This document shows positions 28,476 through 39,313 of a DNA stretch of 64,000 nt, one piece after another. The translations under genes were made by a program, and so were the position numbers. Numbering within the stretch: position 1 is the first letter of the stretch; every line of letters starts with the position of its first letter. This stretch comes from Promethearchaeota archaeon (GTDB taxonomy: Archaea; Asgardarchaeota; Lokiarchaeia; Sigyniarchaeales; SOKP01), in assembly GCA_019058445.1 (NCBI GenBank), contig JAHPZA010000006.1:32001-96000 (forward strand). The letters run 5' to 3'. The notes beneath the pieces were generated by a model that made no database searches, had not been told where the DNA came from, and was given only the letters and a program-made list of their open reading frames with translations.

Positions 28476-29951
28476 ATGGTTCTACCTATGAACAGTAAAA
28501 CAATTGAATCGCTTAATGCCTTATTTTATCCAAAAAATTTGGCGATATATGAGGCAAGTGAAAAACTATGGTATTTCATGATGGGGCTTAATGACCTTAA
28601 TTTTGATAAAAATAAATTATTTTTAATCAGTCCCTCAAAAGAAGAAATATCAGGTATAAAGTGTTATAAATCCTTAAAAGACGTTCCAGATGATACAATT
28701 GATCATTTAATATTATCAGTTGGAAGAGATAGAATAGTCGAAAGTCTAAAAACGATTCTATCTCAAAAAAAAATAAGATCAATGCACATTTTTACCGCAG
28801 GAATGGGAGAGTCTGACAATCAAGGTGTAGAAATTGAGAAACAAGTTAAAGATATCCTTGACAAGGATACAAACACGCGTGCAACTGGTCCTAACGGTAT
28901 GGGTGTTTATTCAGCAAAAGGACACTTAGCATATGAACCTCTAATGCCTAAAGAACCCGGAAATATATCTCTAGTATTTCAATCAGGAGATCTTCACTCG
29001 CAAATGGTAAGACTTGGTGCTATTCGCCATGGATTAAGATATTCAAAAGGAGTTAGCATTGGAAACTGTTTAGATCTGCAAGTTGCAGATATGCTAGAAT
29101 ATTATAATAATGATAGAGATACTGATTTAATTTTAGTGTATTTTGAAGGCTTTAACTCGCTACACCCAAACGAAGGAAAAAGATTCTTAAAAACTCTCAG
29201 AGAGATGAAAAAACCCGTATTATTTATGAATGGTGGAAGTACGAAAAGATCGCAAACTGCCGCATTATCTCATACAGGCTCAATTGGTACAAGTCAAAAG
29301 ATTTGGAAAGGAATCTATAAACAAATGCCTATATTGGAAGTTCCCACATCTTTAGATGATATGATAGACTACACTTATCTCTTTTCTAATGTAATAAATC
29401 GATATAAAAGTAAAAATAAGGAAGTAGTATACCCTAAAGGGAAAAATGCATTGATAATTCTCTGGTCTGGAGGTTTTGGAATTGCTGCAACAAATACTTT
29501 AACAGAATTAGGAATGAATGTGCCTGTCTTCAAAGGTGAGTTTTTAGAAAAATTAAGAAAAATCTATCCCGTTAAAATTGGAAGTCTTTCCAATCCTATA
29601 GATTTACCATGGATCTCCTCTTCTGATAAATACCTAGATCTTGCATTGACTGCCATCACAAAAGATATAAATCTTGTTATGGTTTTAACCGATGCGTGGG
29701 AAGATATTGAGAGTGAAGATTATTTTCAAAAATATTATAACAATTTACTGAAAATAAAGGAACACACAGAATCTTTAGATAGTATTTTTTCCTTGGTTTT
29801 TCCTTATTACCCCGCAAGAAGGAGGAGAAAATATTATTCTAAACTCCAGAAAGATGAATTTATAATTTATCCCTCTTTTCGAAGAGCCGCAAAATCATTC
29901 TTAGCTCTTTATGAGTATGGGAGGAAAATTAACAAAATTAATCAAAAATAA
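28476..29951 (+). CDS. ACD alpha-like protein, paralogue 4
   Basis: GPNGMG, SHTGS, NPIDL. Confidence 0.85.
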   Translation: MVLPMNSKTIESLNALFYPKNLAIYEASEKLWYFMMGLNDLNFDKNKLFLISPSKEEISGIKCYKSLKDVPDDTIDHLILSVGRDRIVESLKTILSQKKIRSMHIFTAGMGESDNQGVEIEKQVKDILDKDTNTRATGPNGMGVYSAKGHLAYEPLMPKEPGNISLVFQSGDLHSQMVRLGAIRHGLRYSKGVSIGNCLDLQVADMLEYYNNDRDTDLILVYFEGFNSLHPNEGKRFLKTLREMKKPVLFMNGGSTKRSQTAALSHTGSIGTSQKIWKGIYKQMPILEVPTSLDDMIDYTYLFSNVINRYKSKNKEVVYPKGKNALIILWSGGFGIAATNTLTELGMNVPVFKGEFLEKLRKIYPVKIGSLSNPIDLPWISSSDKYLDLALTAITKDINLVMVLTDAWEDIESEDYFQKYYNNLLKIKEHTESLDSIFSLVFPYYPARRRRKYYSKLQKDEFIIYPSFRRAAKSFLALYEYGRKINKINQK

Positions 29952-30233
29952 TTTCTGAACTTATTATTTATCTTCATTCGAAGAAAATTTGATTTTTCAA
30001 TTCTTAACCAATTCTTTTTACTTTTTCAAATGGTGATACGGCAATATTACATGAGTATTTTTAGCATTAAAGGATTTGATTCTTAAGTAAGAAAAATTGT
30101 CATCGGAAAGATATCTAGAGGAGACATAAATAAATTCATTGAAAAGTTGTGCAGTTTATTACTAATTTTACAGAGTGTTTCAATATAAATGAAAAAAATT
30201 ATATTGAATTACTAAATTTAAACGAGATTAAAC

Positions 30234-30800
30234 ATGGCTATCGTAAAGACAACCAATCACGTTGAACTGAAGGCGGATGAACTAATTCACATCCAGTTCA
30301 TATGCCCAGTCTGTAAATCTGAAAAAGAGCTTTCAATAAATAAATCAGTCATTAATCAAGCAAAGCAATTAACCACCATATCAATACCCCAGAATAAAAT
30401 CTGTCAGCATCATTTTCAAGCATTTGTGGATAAAAATTTTAAAGTACGAGGTTACCAAAAAGTCGATTTCTCTTTTGATTCTGATAATACAGGGGATCAA
30501 AGTATCATTATTTATAATGCAAAACGGAATGATAAAGAACTATTTAAAAATTTGATGTTGAAAGCAAACTACGTCGAATATTGCCCTGGTGATGCGGAAA
30601 ATCATAAGGGTGAGAGACAAAATAAATTCAACCACCAAAAGAAAAAAAATGAAATATCAAGAGTGAAGAAATTGCGAATAGAAAAAAAAGAAATGACTCT
30701 TGAGGAAATTTATGAGCAATTTTGGGATTTTATCGATGATGATAACCAAGAATTTCGAGAGTTTATTATAAAGGATCAAAGAAGAGAGAATAAATTCTAA
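30234..30800 (+). CDS. Putative zinc-binding protein (CPVC...CQHHFQAFVDKNF.VRGYQ)
   Basis: Cys/His motif of a type recalled from Lokiarchaeia hypothetical proteins. Confidence 0.7.
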   Translation: MAIVKTTNHVELKADELIHIQFICPVCKSEKELSINKSVINQAKQLTTISIPQNKICQHHFQAFVDKNFKVRGYQKVDFSFDSDNTGDQSIIIYNAKRNDKELFKNLMLKANYVEYCPGDAENHKGERQNKFNHQKKKNEISRVKKLRIEKKEMTLEEIYEQFWDFIDDDNQEFREFIIKDQRRENKF

Positions 30801-30970
30801 TGACAGAAATCATTTTGAAAGAAAATATCATAAAGGATAATTTCATAAATTGTGCCTTTTATGAAAAATGTACTTTACCTAAACGGAATACCCTCTGTGA
30901 CCGTTTTCCAGATTATACTATCTGCCCTGAATTTCAGGCAAAAAGAACCAAATTAATTCGTCATAATTAA
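30800..30970 (+). CDS. Small four-Cys protein (56 aa)
   Basis: Read by hand; TAATG stop/start overlap; C-x4-C-x8-C-x8-C. Confidence 0.6.
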   Translation: MTEIILKENIIKDNFINCAFYEKCTLPKRNTLCDRFPDYTICPEFQAKRTKLIRHN

Positions 30971-31102
30971 AATTCTCAAAAATTATTTTTATCTCTTTTT
31001 TAATAGCAATAAATTCTTATTGACAATCATCTTTAAATAAAGAGAAAATTAAAAAAAAAAAGAAAAGATTTAATTAATTAATTCAAGATTAATTTAATTT
31101 GC

Positions 31103-31309
31103 TTAGATTAAACCAATAGCAATTTTCATATCTTGTTGTGTGACTTTCTTTCGCCCACTGTGTTTTGCGATGTCAAGAGCACATGCAGTTAAGTCTTTGG
31201 CATATTCTTCAAGATAGTCCATTAACTTATCAACTGCGGCTCTACTTACGATCTCAGCTCCTGCTTTTTTCATTAAAGCTCTAAGTGGGCTCCAGGCAAA
31301 TGCGGCCAT
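31103..31309 (-). CDS. Archaeal histone (HMf-like, tailless)
   Basis: P.R.LMKKAGA..VS..A...L...LEE.......A..IAKHSGRKKVT..D; GGAGG SD. Confidence 0.95.
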   Translation of the reverse strand: MAAFAWSPLRALMKKAGAEIVSRAAVDKLMDYLEEYAKDLTACALDIAKHSGRKKVTQQDMKIAIGLI

Positions 31310-31843
31310 AATTTATCATTCCTCCACTAATTTTTAATTAATAATTATGTTTTTTAAGATTTTAAATAACTTAGTTATATTAAGATTAACATTTCTTATA
31401 TTTAAATATGTTGGTTGATCTTTATGAATCCGATTAATTTGATCAACCACTTTTGGTCGACAAAAAAAGTTATCAAAGATAAAAAAAAAATTCTTTACTT
31501 GTGAAATTCATTTAATGATCTGAAATAAACATGAGTATATTTTGATCGGTTCATAATATGAATATGATCACACTGTATTATTAACATGAAAAATTTCAAC
31601 CCATTTATGTAAACTGAACTGATAGCAAAAACTTTTAGATGGTTATGGTTAGAAATCTAAAAGAAACCTCTTTTTTTAGTCTCATTTTCTCACATTTTTC
31701 CAATAAAGAAAATAATTAATATATTTAGTTTTTAAATAATCCTTGCATTATGATTCTTCCATTAAACAATATTATCAGTAGTATTAATTTTAAAAAGGAT
31801 TTATGTTAACAAGTAATATATTTCGAGATAATTGAGTTTTATT

Positions 31844-33028
31844 ATGAAGTATGATGTAGTAGTCTCGGGAGCGGGTCCCGCAGGTTCTAGGTGTGCTGAA
31901 GTCATCGCAAAAGCAGGTTATAAGGTTGCATTGATTGAAAAAGATATAAATTTCCGAAAGCCATGTGGTGGGGGAATTCCAAGAGCCAGCATATTTAGAT
32001 ATTACCCACAATTGAAAGATTTGGATCTTGTGAAAAAGAATTATATCGCAATGTATTCCGCTGATGGCCATATACTCGAACATAGTTTTGAAGAAACGGA
32101 TGTTAATCCAATAGTTATAGATCGGTTAGAATTTGATAATTTAATTAGGAATATTGCTGTGGATGCTGGTGCAGAGCTGTTTGATAAAAATATTTCATAC
32201 GATTTTATATACAAAGATCAAAAAAAAATTGGAATTAGAACTAAAACACCCTCAGGTACAAACGAATATCTTGCAAATATTATTGTTGTTGCTGATGGAA
32301 TGAGCTCTAAATTAGCCCATAAATCGGGATTAAGAGAGAAGTGGAGCCCTCTGAATATTGGTATAGGGAAAGCAGAGATTTTAGAAGGAAAAAATAATCT
32401 AAATGAGAAGGGTTCTTATTTCTTTTTTAAAAAATATGGATATGGTTGGATTTTTCCAATAGATAAACAGAAGTTCAACATTGGGACTATTACGTATTAC
32501 GAAAATAATCTAAAGTATAATATTAGAAATCTTTTTGAAGAATTTCTTCACGAATCGCAAAATAGGAATTTTTTATCAAAAGAGGCTTATAAAGTAATAT
32601 GGTCGGCTATTTTTCCGGAGCCTGCCACAGGAGTGTTAGAAAAAAGTCTCTATGATGACAATATCATCATCGTTGGTGATGCAGCGGGATTTGTAGGGCC
32701 AATAAGTGGAGAAGGGATTCATGGTGCTATTATCTCCGGTCAGATTGCAGGAGAAACATCGGTAAATGCCTTGAAGAATGATGATTTCACTGCTAATTCT
32801 CTGAAGGGTTTCAAAAAACATCCTAAAATTAAAAATTTAATTAGATTATTCAAATTTCAGCGAAATTTAGTAACCTTTTTTTATGAAAATGAGGGTGAAA
32901 ACCTTAATAAGCTCTTTAAGATGGTGGAAGAAAGTAAAGAATTTAAACAGATTGTAATAAATACCTTTATCTTCGGTCAAAATCCCCCGAAAGATTTTAT
33001 TTCAAGAATAAAAGGAAGTAAAAATTAA
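31844..33028 (+). CDS. Geranylgeranyl reductase family flavoprotein
   Basis: GAGPAG, KPCGG, YGWIFP, GDAAG...GEGI. Confidence 0.9.
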   Translation: MKYDVVVSGAGPAGSRCAEVIAKAGYKVALIEKDINFRKPCGGGIPRASIFRYYPQLKDLDLVKKNYIAMYSADGHILEHSFEETDVNPIVIDRLEFDNLIRNIAVDAGAELFDKNISYDFIYKDQKKIGIRTKTPSGTNEYLANIIVVADGMSSKLAHKSGLREKWSPLNIGIGKAEILEGKNNLNEKGSYFFFKKYGYGWIFPIDKQKFNIGTITYYENNLKYNIRNLFEEFLHESQNRNFLSKEAYKVIWSAIFPEPATGVLEKSLYDDNIIIVGDAAGFVGPISGEGIHGAIISGQIAGETSVNALKNDDFTANSLKGFKKHPKIKNLIRLFKFQRNLVTFFYENEGENLNKLFKMVEESKEFKQIVINTFIFGQNPPKDFISRIKGSKN

Positions 33029-33073
33029 TATCAATTAGTAGCAGTTAAATATTTTAAAAAATGTGGTAAAAAT

Positions 33074-34252
33074 ATGTATGATGTGGTAATTTCAGGAGCC
33101 GGTCCAGCAGGCTCCAGATGTGCTGAGATTTTAGCAAAGAATGGATTTAAAGTTGCCCTGATTGAAAAGAATGTAAATTGGAGGAAACCATGTGGTGGAG
33201 GTGTAAGCGCAAGGATAATGTCCAAATATTATCCTCAATTGAAAGAGTTGAATCCACTCCGATTAAATGGTGCGCTGATGTTTTCTGCAGAATATTATAA
33301 AATGGGATATAGTTGGGAAGAGCAAGGTACTGATTCAATAATAATGGATCGATTGGAATTCGATAATTTCATAAGAAACGTAGCAGTGGATGCCGGTGCG
33401 GAGCTTTTTGATAAAAATATCTCATTTGATTTCATAGTCAAAGATCAGAAAAAAGTAGGGATAAGAACTAAAACTCCAGATGGGGTAAAAGAGTATTTAG
33501 GTAAAATTATTATAATTGCTGATGGAATGAGCTCTAAATTGGCAGTAAAGTCTGGTTTACGAGAACGCTGGAAAATTGAAGATATAGGACTAGCCAAATG
33601 CTCGATTTTAGAGGGTGAAAATAATTTAGAGAAAAACAAAATGTATCTTTATTTTAGGCGATATAAAGGGTATGGATGGATTTTTCCAATAAGTGAGAAA
33701 AGGTTTAATATTGGGTGCGGTACATTCGCAGAAGATAATCTTAAGTACAATCTTAACCAGATTTTTGATGATTTTAAAAATGATCCTAATATTAAGCAGT
33801 ATTTTCCTCTATCTAAATATAAAGAGATATGGACAGGGTCTTATCCGCTATCCGCCATAGGAGTTTTGGAAAAATCATTAATAAAAGATAATATAATGAT
33901 CATTGGAGATGCCGCGGGATTCGTATCTCCGATTAGTGGGGAAGGCATTCATCCAAGTATCGTATCAGGCCAAATAGCCGCTGAAGCCGCAATACAAGCT
34001 CTCCAAAGTAATGATATTTCCAATCGAACCTTAAAATCTTATAAACAACATCCTTATATTAAGAAGATCCTTAGAAATTTCAAACTGAAACGTTCTATGG
34101 TCGAATTCTTTTACGAAAATAATGGGAAAAACCTTGATACAATGTTTAAATTAGCTAAAGATGACATTGATTTTAGAGATCAGGTTATTAAGATGTTCTT
34201 TTTCAATGCAGCTCCCTCAAAAGAGTTTTTTGCAAAAATCAGAGCTTCATAG
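33074..34252 (+). CDS. Geranylgeranyl reductase family flavoprotein (tandem paralogue)
   Basis: Same motifs as the neighbouring gene. Confidence 0.9.
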   Translation: MYDVVISGAGPAGSRCAEILAKNGFKVALIEKNVNWRKPCGGGVSARIMSKYYPQLKELNPLRLNGALMFSAEYYKMGYSWEEQGTDSIIMDRLEFDNFIRNVAVDAGAELFDKNISFDFIVKDQKKVGIRTKTPDGVKEYLGKIIIIADGMSSKLAVKSGLRERWKIEDIGLAKCSILEGENNLEKNKMYLYFRRYKGYGWIFPISEKRFNIGCGTFAEDNLKYNLNQIFDDFKNDPNIKQYFPLSKYKEIWTGSYPLSAIGVLEKSLIKDNIMIIGDAAGFVSPISGEGIHPSIVSGQIAAEAAIQALQSNDISNRTLKSYKQHPYIKKILRNFKLKRSMVEFFYENNGKNLDTMFKLAKDDIDFRDQVIKMFFFNAAPSKEFFAKIRAS

Positions 34253-34436
34253 AGCACCTTTCTAAAGATACTTTGCATATAAATCAAAATATGTAGTGAT
34301 TCAAATTCCATTGATAATTGGCAAATTTGCTATAAGAGTATAATGAATAGTTAAATTAAAAAAGAAGTTATTATGAAATCCAAATAGTAAACAAATTTAA
34401 TAGTGATTTGTTTTTATCAAAACTGGAGAGAAAAAA

Positions 34437-35048
34437 ATGGTTGGACAACAACAAAATTATTGTTCTGAATGTGGTAGCCCCGTTAAAATTGGTGAAAATT
34501 ATTGTGCTTTCTGTGGTGTCAAGTTAAATGAAGTAAGTCCAATTGAACATTTCGCTAAAGCCTCATCAGAATTGCCAATAAAAGGTTGGGAAGTAACATC
34601 CGAAAAAATTAGTAAACATGAAAAATTAATAAATGAATTTCCTATAGGTAATTATATTATTACTTCGAGATGTAAACTTGATAAACATTTTGGTTATATC
34701 GTAGTGAGTGATAATGGTTTTGCTTGGAGGATAAAGGAGGGTTTTAGAACAGCATCGTGGAATTATGGAAAAAAGAAATGGGTAAGATGGTATGATGTAT
34801 ATAGTATCACTCCCAAAAAACTTGGTGAAATAGAGATAGTAGTAAAATTACGAAAGAATGGAGCTTTACAATTGGACAATAACGGGAATTATAAAACCAA
34901 AAAATGGAAACTCGCAATATACAAAAATACACGAGAGAATTCAGAGGATTGGAATAAACGATTAGAGAGTTTTAATGAAATTATACTAGAGATATATAAT
35001 CGGAATAAAGTAGATACAGATCCACATGTTAGTGATTCTGTAATTTGA
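34437..35048 (+). CDS. Zinc-ribbon protein with possible PH-like domain
   Basis: CSEC...CAFC, followed by a beta-rich domain ending in a helix. Confidence 0.65.
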   Translation: MVGQQQNYCSECGSPVKIGENYCAFCGVKLNEVSPIEHFAKASSELPIKGWEVTSEKISKHEKLINEFPIGNYIITSRCKLDKHFGYIVVSDNGFAWRIKEGFRTASWNYGKKKWVRWYDVYSITPKKLGEIEIVVKLRKNGALQLDNNGNYKTKKWKLAIYKNTRENSEDWNKRLESFNEIILEIYNRNKVDTDPHVSDSVI

Positions 35049-35125
35049 TTGTTATTTTTTTAAAGCATAAAATCGAGCTTTCAATATCCATTTTTTAAAG
35101 GATGATAATTGAGTGAATTAAACTA

Positions 35126-36079
35126 TTAAGTATTCAAAATCCATTGATTATTGGCAACTTCAATAACTTTTCCTTGTTCTAACAGTTCACTAATATGACT
35201 CATAATCATATTGGTTTCAAAAAAATAGAGGATACCATCTCCTTCTCTGGTTTTTATATACTTTTCACTAAAAAACAAGCCTTTAAAGATTAAATCATCT
35301 AAACTGACAGGATTATCAGAATTGAGCATGTTTAGAATATTCTTATTAATATTATCCATTTTAATTAGTAGGTCATTAAAGATCGCAGGTTGTTTTTCGA
35401 ACAATATCGGACCATGCCCGCTTGTAATGATATAATCGTCATTTATGTAAATATTTTCAAGTTTTTTAATGGATTCTCTTACATCTTTTAAATTACTATA
35501 TTTAAAGCCGTACCAAGCACCCATTTTTGTCAAGCCAATATCTGAAACGAATAGGATCTTCCGATTATGTTCAGTTGTATCTTCAATCAAGAAAGCGGTT
35601 TGACCCGGTGAGTGCCCTGGTATATGAATTGTTTTAAGACGTATATTATCGAATTCAAATTCAGTTCCAGGAGTAAAACCTATTACTGAATGTAATTCCT
35701 TGAAATTTAATTGTTTAAAAGCAAAGTGCTTAAACTCATCACCAATTCCAAAATCGAGTGTACCATTTGCCTTAATAAACTTATTAAAATCCTTTAAAAA
35801 TTCATGTTCTGGATTTGGACAATAAATTTTAATGTTAGAATCATATTCTTCATAAAAATGTAAATTATATACGTGATCTAAATGGACATGAGACACGAAA
35901 TATGCTTCTATTTGATTTTTAGTTAATGTTTTAATCTCTTCTTTATAAAAGCAATTACAATCAATCAAGATATCTCCCAGACTCTTATTTTTGATTACAA
36001 TGCCATTGCATTTAAACCAAAATTGAGAATCAGAATATATAAGAAAGACTCCATCGACTATTTTTTCAAAAATCAACAT
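35126..36079 (-). CDS. Metallo-beta-lactamase fold hydrolase
   Basis: SHVHLDH, PGHSPG, SD, SGHG. Confidence 0.9.
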   Translation of the reverse strand: MLIFEKIVDGVFLIYSDSQFWFKCNGIVIKNKSLGDILIDCNCFYKEEIKTLTKNQIEAYFVSHVHLDHVYNLHFYEEYDSNIKIYCPNPEHEFLKDFNKFIKANGTLDFGIGDEFKHFAFKQLNFKELHSVIGFTPGTEFEFDNIRLKTIHIPGHSPGQTAFLIEDTTEHNRKILFVSDIGLTKMGAWYGFKYSNLKDVRESIKKLENIYINDDYIITSGHGPILFEKQPAIFNDLLIKMDNINKNILNMLNSDNPVSLDDLIFKGLFFSEKYIKTREGDGILYFFETNMIMSHISELLEQGKVIEVANNQWILNT

Positions 36080-36282
36080 ATAAAGAAAATAAATTATAAA
36101 AAGAAATAAGATTTTTGATATGGGTGTATGGAAAAGAAATTTTAGTCTTTTAATTCAGATCATCAAAAACTCTATAAATTTTCTTGTAAATACATAATAA
36201 CTCGAATATATTTTAACAATCTTTTTCTCATGAAGTTATAAATTTAAAAAATGATGAAGTGTAGTTATACTTAGTGATATAA

Positions 36283-36972
36283 ATGAAGAGGTCAGAGATT
36301 AATAAAATAATGAGGAATGCAATAAAATTTTTTGAAGAACAAAAGTTTTACATGCCTAAATTTGCGTATTGGACAATTGAAGATTGGAAATCCAAGGGTG
36401 AAGAGATTCATGAAATTATTGCTAACCATTTAGGGTGGGATATTACTGATTATGGAAGGGGAGATTTCTCAAACATTGGTTTATTGCATTTTACTATTAG
36501 AAATGGTAATATAAAGGATCTCTTTAAAGGTGGGAAACCGTATTGCGAAAAAATTATGATTTTAGAAGAGGGTCAAGCTCTACCTATGCATTATCATTAT
36601 AGTAAAATTGAAGACATAATTAACAGAGGTGGCGGCGTTCTTATGATTCAATTATATAATTCCACTGAAGACAGTCAGCTTGCAAAGACTGATGTATCTG
36701 TTTCCGTTGATGGTGTAAGCAAAACATTTGAAGCAGGTACTATCGTTGAATTAACTCCAGGAGAATCCATAACATTACAAAATAAGATATATCACAATTT
36801 TAAAGCTAAGGAGGGACATGGCAAGATTCTCATCGGTGAAGTATCCAGTGTAAATGACGATTATAGCGATAATAAATTTTTTGAAACAACCAAAAGATTC
36901 GGTAAAATAGAAGAGGATGAGGATCCCTTATATTTGCTTTACGAGGATTATGAGGAATTTATTAATATTTAG
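36283..36972 (+). CDS. D-lyxose/D-mannose family sugar isomerase (cupin)
   Basis: MKRSEIN, GWDITD, YCEK, PMHYH..K.EDIINRGGG, GEVSSVNDD. Confidence 0.9.
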   Translation: MKRSEINKIMRNAIKFFEEQKFYMPKFAYWTIEDWKSKGEEIHEIIANHLGWDITDYGRGDFSNIGLLHFTIRNGNIKDLFKGGKPYCEKIMILEEGQALPMHYHYSKIEDIINRGGGVLMIQLYNSTEDSQLAKTDVSVSVDGVSKTFEAGTIVELTPGESITLQNKIYHNFKAKEGHGKILIGEVSSVNDDYSDNKFFETTKRFGKIEEDEDPLYLLYEDYEEFINI

Positions 36973-37012
36973 ATACTTAAAAAAGTTTAGATATCTAAAC
37001 CTAATTTATAAA

Positions 37013-38437
37013 CTACTTTTTTAGATGGTTTTTATGTTTCTCTAAAAATTCGTTATAACTACACATTACATCTAAAGATTTAGCAGCTAATTCAATGGAT
37101 TCAAAAATGGGAACTTTAAGGTTAAAAAGTTCCCTTTTAAAAAGCAATTTCCCTGCATAATCACTTGTATCATCTACAACTTTGTAGGCTATACATATAA
37201 GAGGTTTTTTCATTTCATTATAAGCTTTTTTTATTGCTTTACGAAAGTCATGGCTATAATTATATACCTTAATAAATACTACAGCGGAAATGTTTGGATC
37301 TGAGTCAAGAGTAACCAATGTTTGATAAAAAACATTAGGTATATTGCCAGAAGCACCTAAATCTAATGGATTTCTTAATATAGTATTTACATCTGGTAAA
37401 AATTCTTTAAATTTATCAATAGTTTCGGGAGCTAATTTTGGTATTTTCAGATTATATTGCTCAAAAACATCAGTAGTTTCGATAGAAGCTCCACCTCCTA
37501 CAGTTGTAATAGCCATATTTCGATCCATTGGAAAATGTGAGATATGATTAAAAACCATAGCTATATTAATCAATTCATGAGAATTATTTACCAAACAAGC
37601 TCCAGTCTGTTTTGCTACAGCTTGCCAAATTTTTTTATTTCCTGCTAAACCACCTGTATGTGACATTATTGCTTCTTTTGTAGCCTCTCCAGTACCCACT
37701 TTCCAGAGAAGAACAGGTTTCCCGGCTAAACTTAATTTTTTGACAACATCAAGAAACTTTCGACCAATTTCAATGCTTTTTATATTTTCTAAATAAAGAG
37801 CAACAGATTGAGTCTCCTTATCATTTAAAAAATACTCGAGAAAATCAACAAAATTTAAGTCAATTTGATTTCCAATAGATAAAACTTTACTCGGATTAGT
37901 CCCATAGATTGATTGGGCCATCGCAGCAACATAAATTGCTAAACCTCCCGATTGAAAAATCATTCCCAAACTACCAGAATGCTCTCTAAGTAACCCCAAT
38001 GAAAAAGTAAGCCTTATCTTAGGAACATACACTCCAAGGCAATTTGGACCTATTATTCGAATATCATATTTATTTGCTATATCTAGCAGTGCTTCTTCTA
38101 AATAATCATTTCCAATTTCACTAAATCCAGATGTAAAGATTGTAACAAACGGAATATTTTTCTTTCCACATTCTTCTAAGATTTGGGGACATAATTTGGC
38201 TGGAACTGCGATTATTACATAATCGATCTCATGATCGTCCTCAACATCTAATATTGATCCATATACCGTATAACCATTGAGTTTTTCTCCTTTGAGTCGA
38301 GGATTAAATAGATATAATGGTTTCTCAAAACCTAAATTCACTAAACTTTTTAGAAAATAGCCCCCACCAAAGAGTTTATCATTAACTCCGATAATTCCTA
38401 CAGATCTAGGATTAAATAATTTTTCAAAATTCACCAT
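37013..38437 (-). CDS. ACD alpha-like CoA-binding protein
   Basis: FNPRSV.IIG, GPNCLG, QSGG, SHTG.LAG, NPLDL. Confidence 0.88.
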   Translation of the reverse strand: MVNFEKLFNPRSVGIIGVNDKLFGGGYFLKSLVNLGFEKPLYLFNPRLKGEKLNGYTVYGSILDVEDDHEIDYVIIAVPAKLCPQILEECGKKNIPFVTIFTSGFSEIGNDYLEEALLDIANKYDIRIIGPNCLGVYVPKIRLTFSLGLLREHSGSLGMIFQSGGLAIYVAAMAQSIYGTNPSKVLSIGNQIDLNFVDFLEYFLNDKETQSVALYLENIKSIEIGRKFLDVVKKLSLAGKPVLLWKVGTGEATKEAIMSHTGGLAGNKKIWQAVAKQTGACLVNNSHELINIAMVFNHISHFPMDRNMAITTVGGGASIETTDVFEQYNLKIPKLAPETIDKFKEFLPDVNTILRNPLDLGASGNIPNVFYQTLVTLDSDPNISAVVFIKVYNYSHDFRKAIKKAYNEMKKPLICIAYKVVDDTSDYAGKLLFKRELFNLKVPIFESIELAAKSLDVMCSYNEFLEKHKNHLKK

Positions 38438-38609
38438 TATTTCAAAAAGTTATTGGAAAGATATAAAGCTAATCGAGATCTTAATGAGAAATAGTTTTTT
38501 ATATAATTATCGGAAATGCTATCAAATATAAATTAATTCTATAATAATTTTATACTAATATTTTATCAAATTAAGTTTAAGCTAATGAGTCAATGTGGTA
38601 TTAGTATAA

Positions 38610-39143
38610 TTAAGACTTTTTAGTCGTTGCTTTATCAATGAGCGTTTCCGTCATAACATCAAATGCCTTTTCTACGTTCTGTCCCGTTTTTGAAGATAAT
38701 TCTACAAAAGAAGTTAAGTTATATTTTTTCGCAGCAAGTATTCCATCTTCTCTTGGAACTGCTCGAAATCTTTCTAAATCAAGTTTAGAACCGATTAACA
38801 TAATTGGAACATCTCCAGCATGTTCCCTAATAATTTGGGTCCAATCGGGGAGGTGGTCTAAAGTGATGCGGTTAGTAATATCATAGAGAAAAAAAGCCCC
38901 ATTTGCTCCCTTGCAATATTGTGAAAGAAGAAATCTAAAACGCTCCTCCCCTCCAAAATCCCAAATTTGTAATTTTACCTTATTATTATTAAAATCGGAT
39001 GTTTTTGAATAAAAATCAACACCAATGGTTAATTTTAGATCTTCGAGAAAAAATCCACTAATATACCTCAGGGTGAGCGATGTCTTACCAACACTAGCGT
39101 CGCCAAGGAGCATAATTTTAAAAGTATAATCGTAATCAGTCAT
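38610..39143 (-). CDS. Rab-like small GTPase
   Basis: GDASVGKT, TIGVDF, WDFGG, SKLD, SSK. Confidence 0.93.
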   Translation of the reverse strand: MTDYDYTFKIMLLGDASVGKTSLTLRYISGFFLEDLKLTIGVDFYSKTSDFNNNKVKLQIWDFGGEERFRFLLSQYCKGANGAFFLYDITNRITLDHLPDWTQIIREHAGDVPIMLIGSKLDLERFRAVPREDGILAAKKYNLTSFVELSSKTGQNVEKAFDVMTETLIDKATTKKS

Positions 39144-39313
39144 GTCTTTCTGGAATTTACTATAACAATATATTGTAGATATTTTTGCCGTGATTTTTTT
39201 TTTAATTTAAATAAAATTAAAACTTCAACCTTACCTAATTAACTTAATTATATGATCTTTCTATATTTAATTTTTCTCAAAATAAATCTTAGTATTATTC
39301 AATCAAATTTAAA

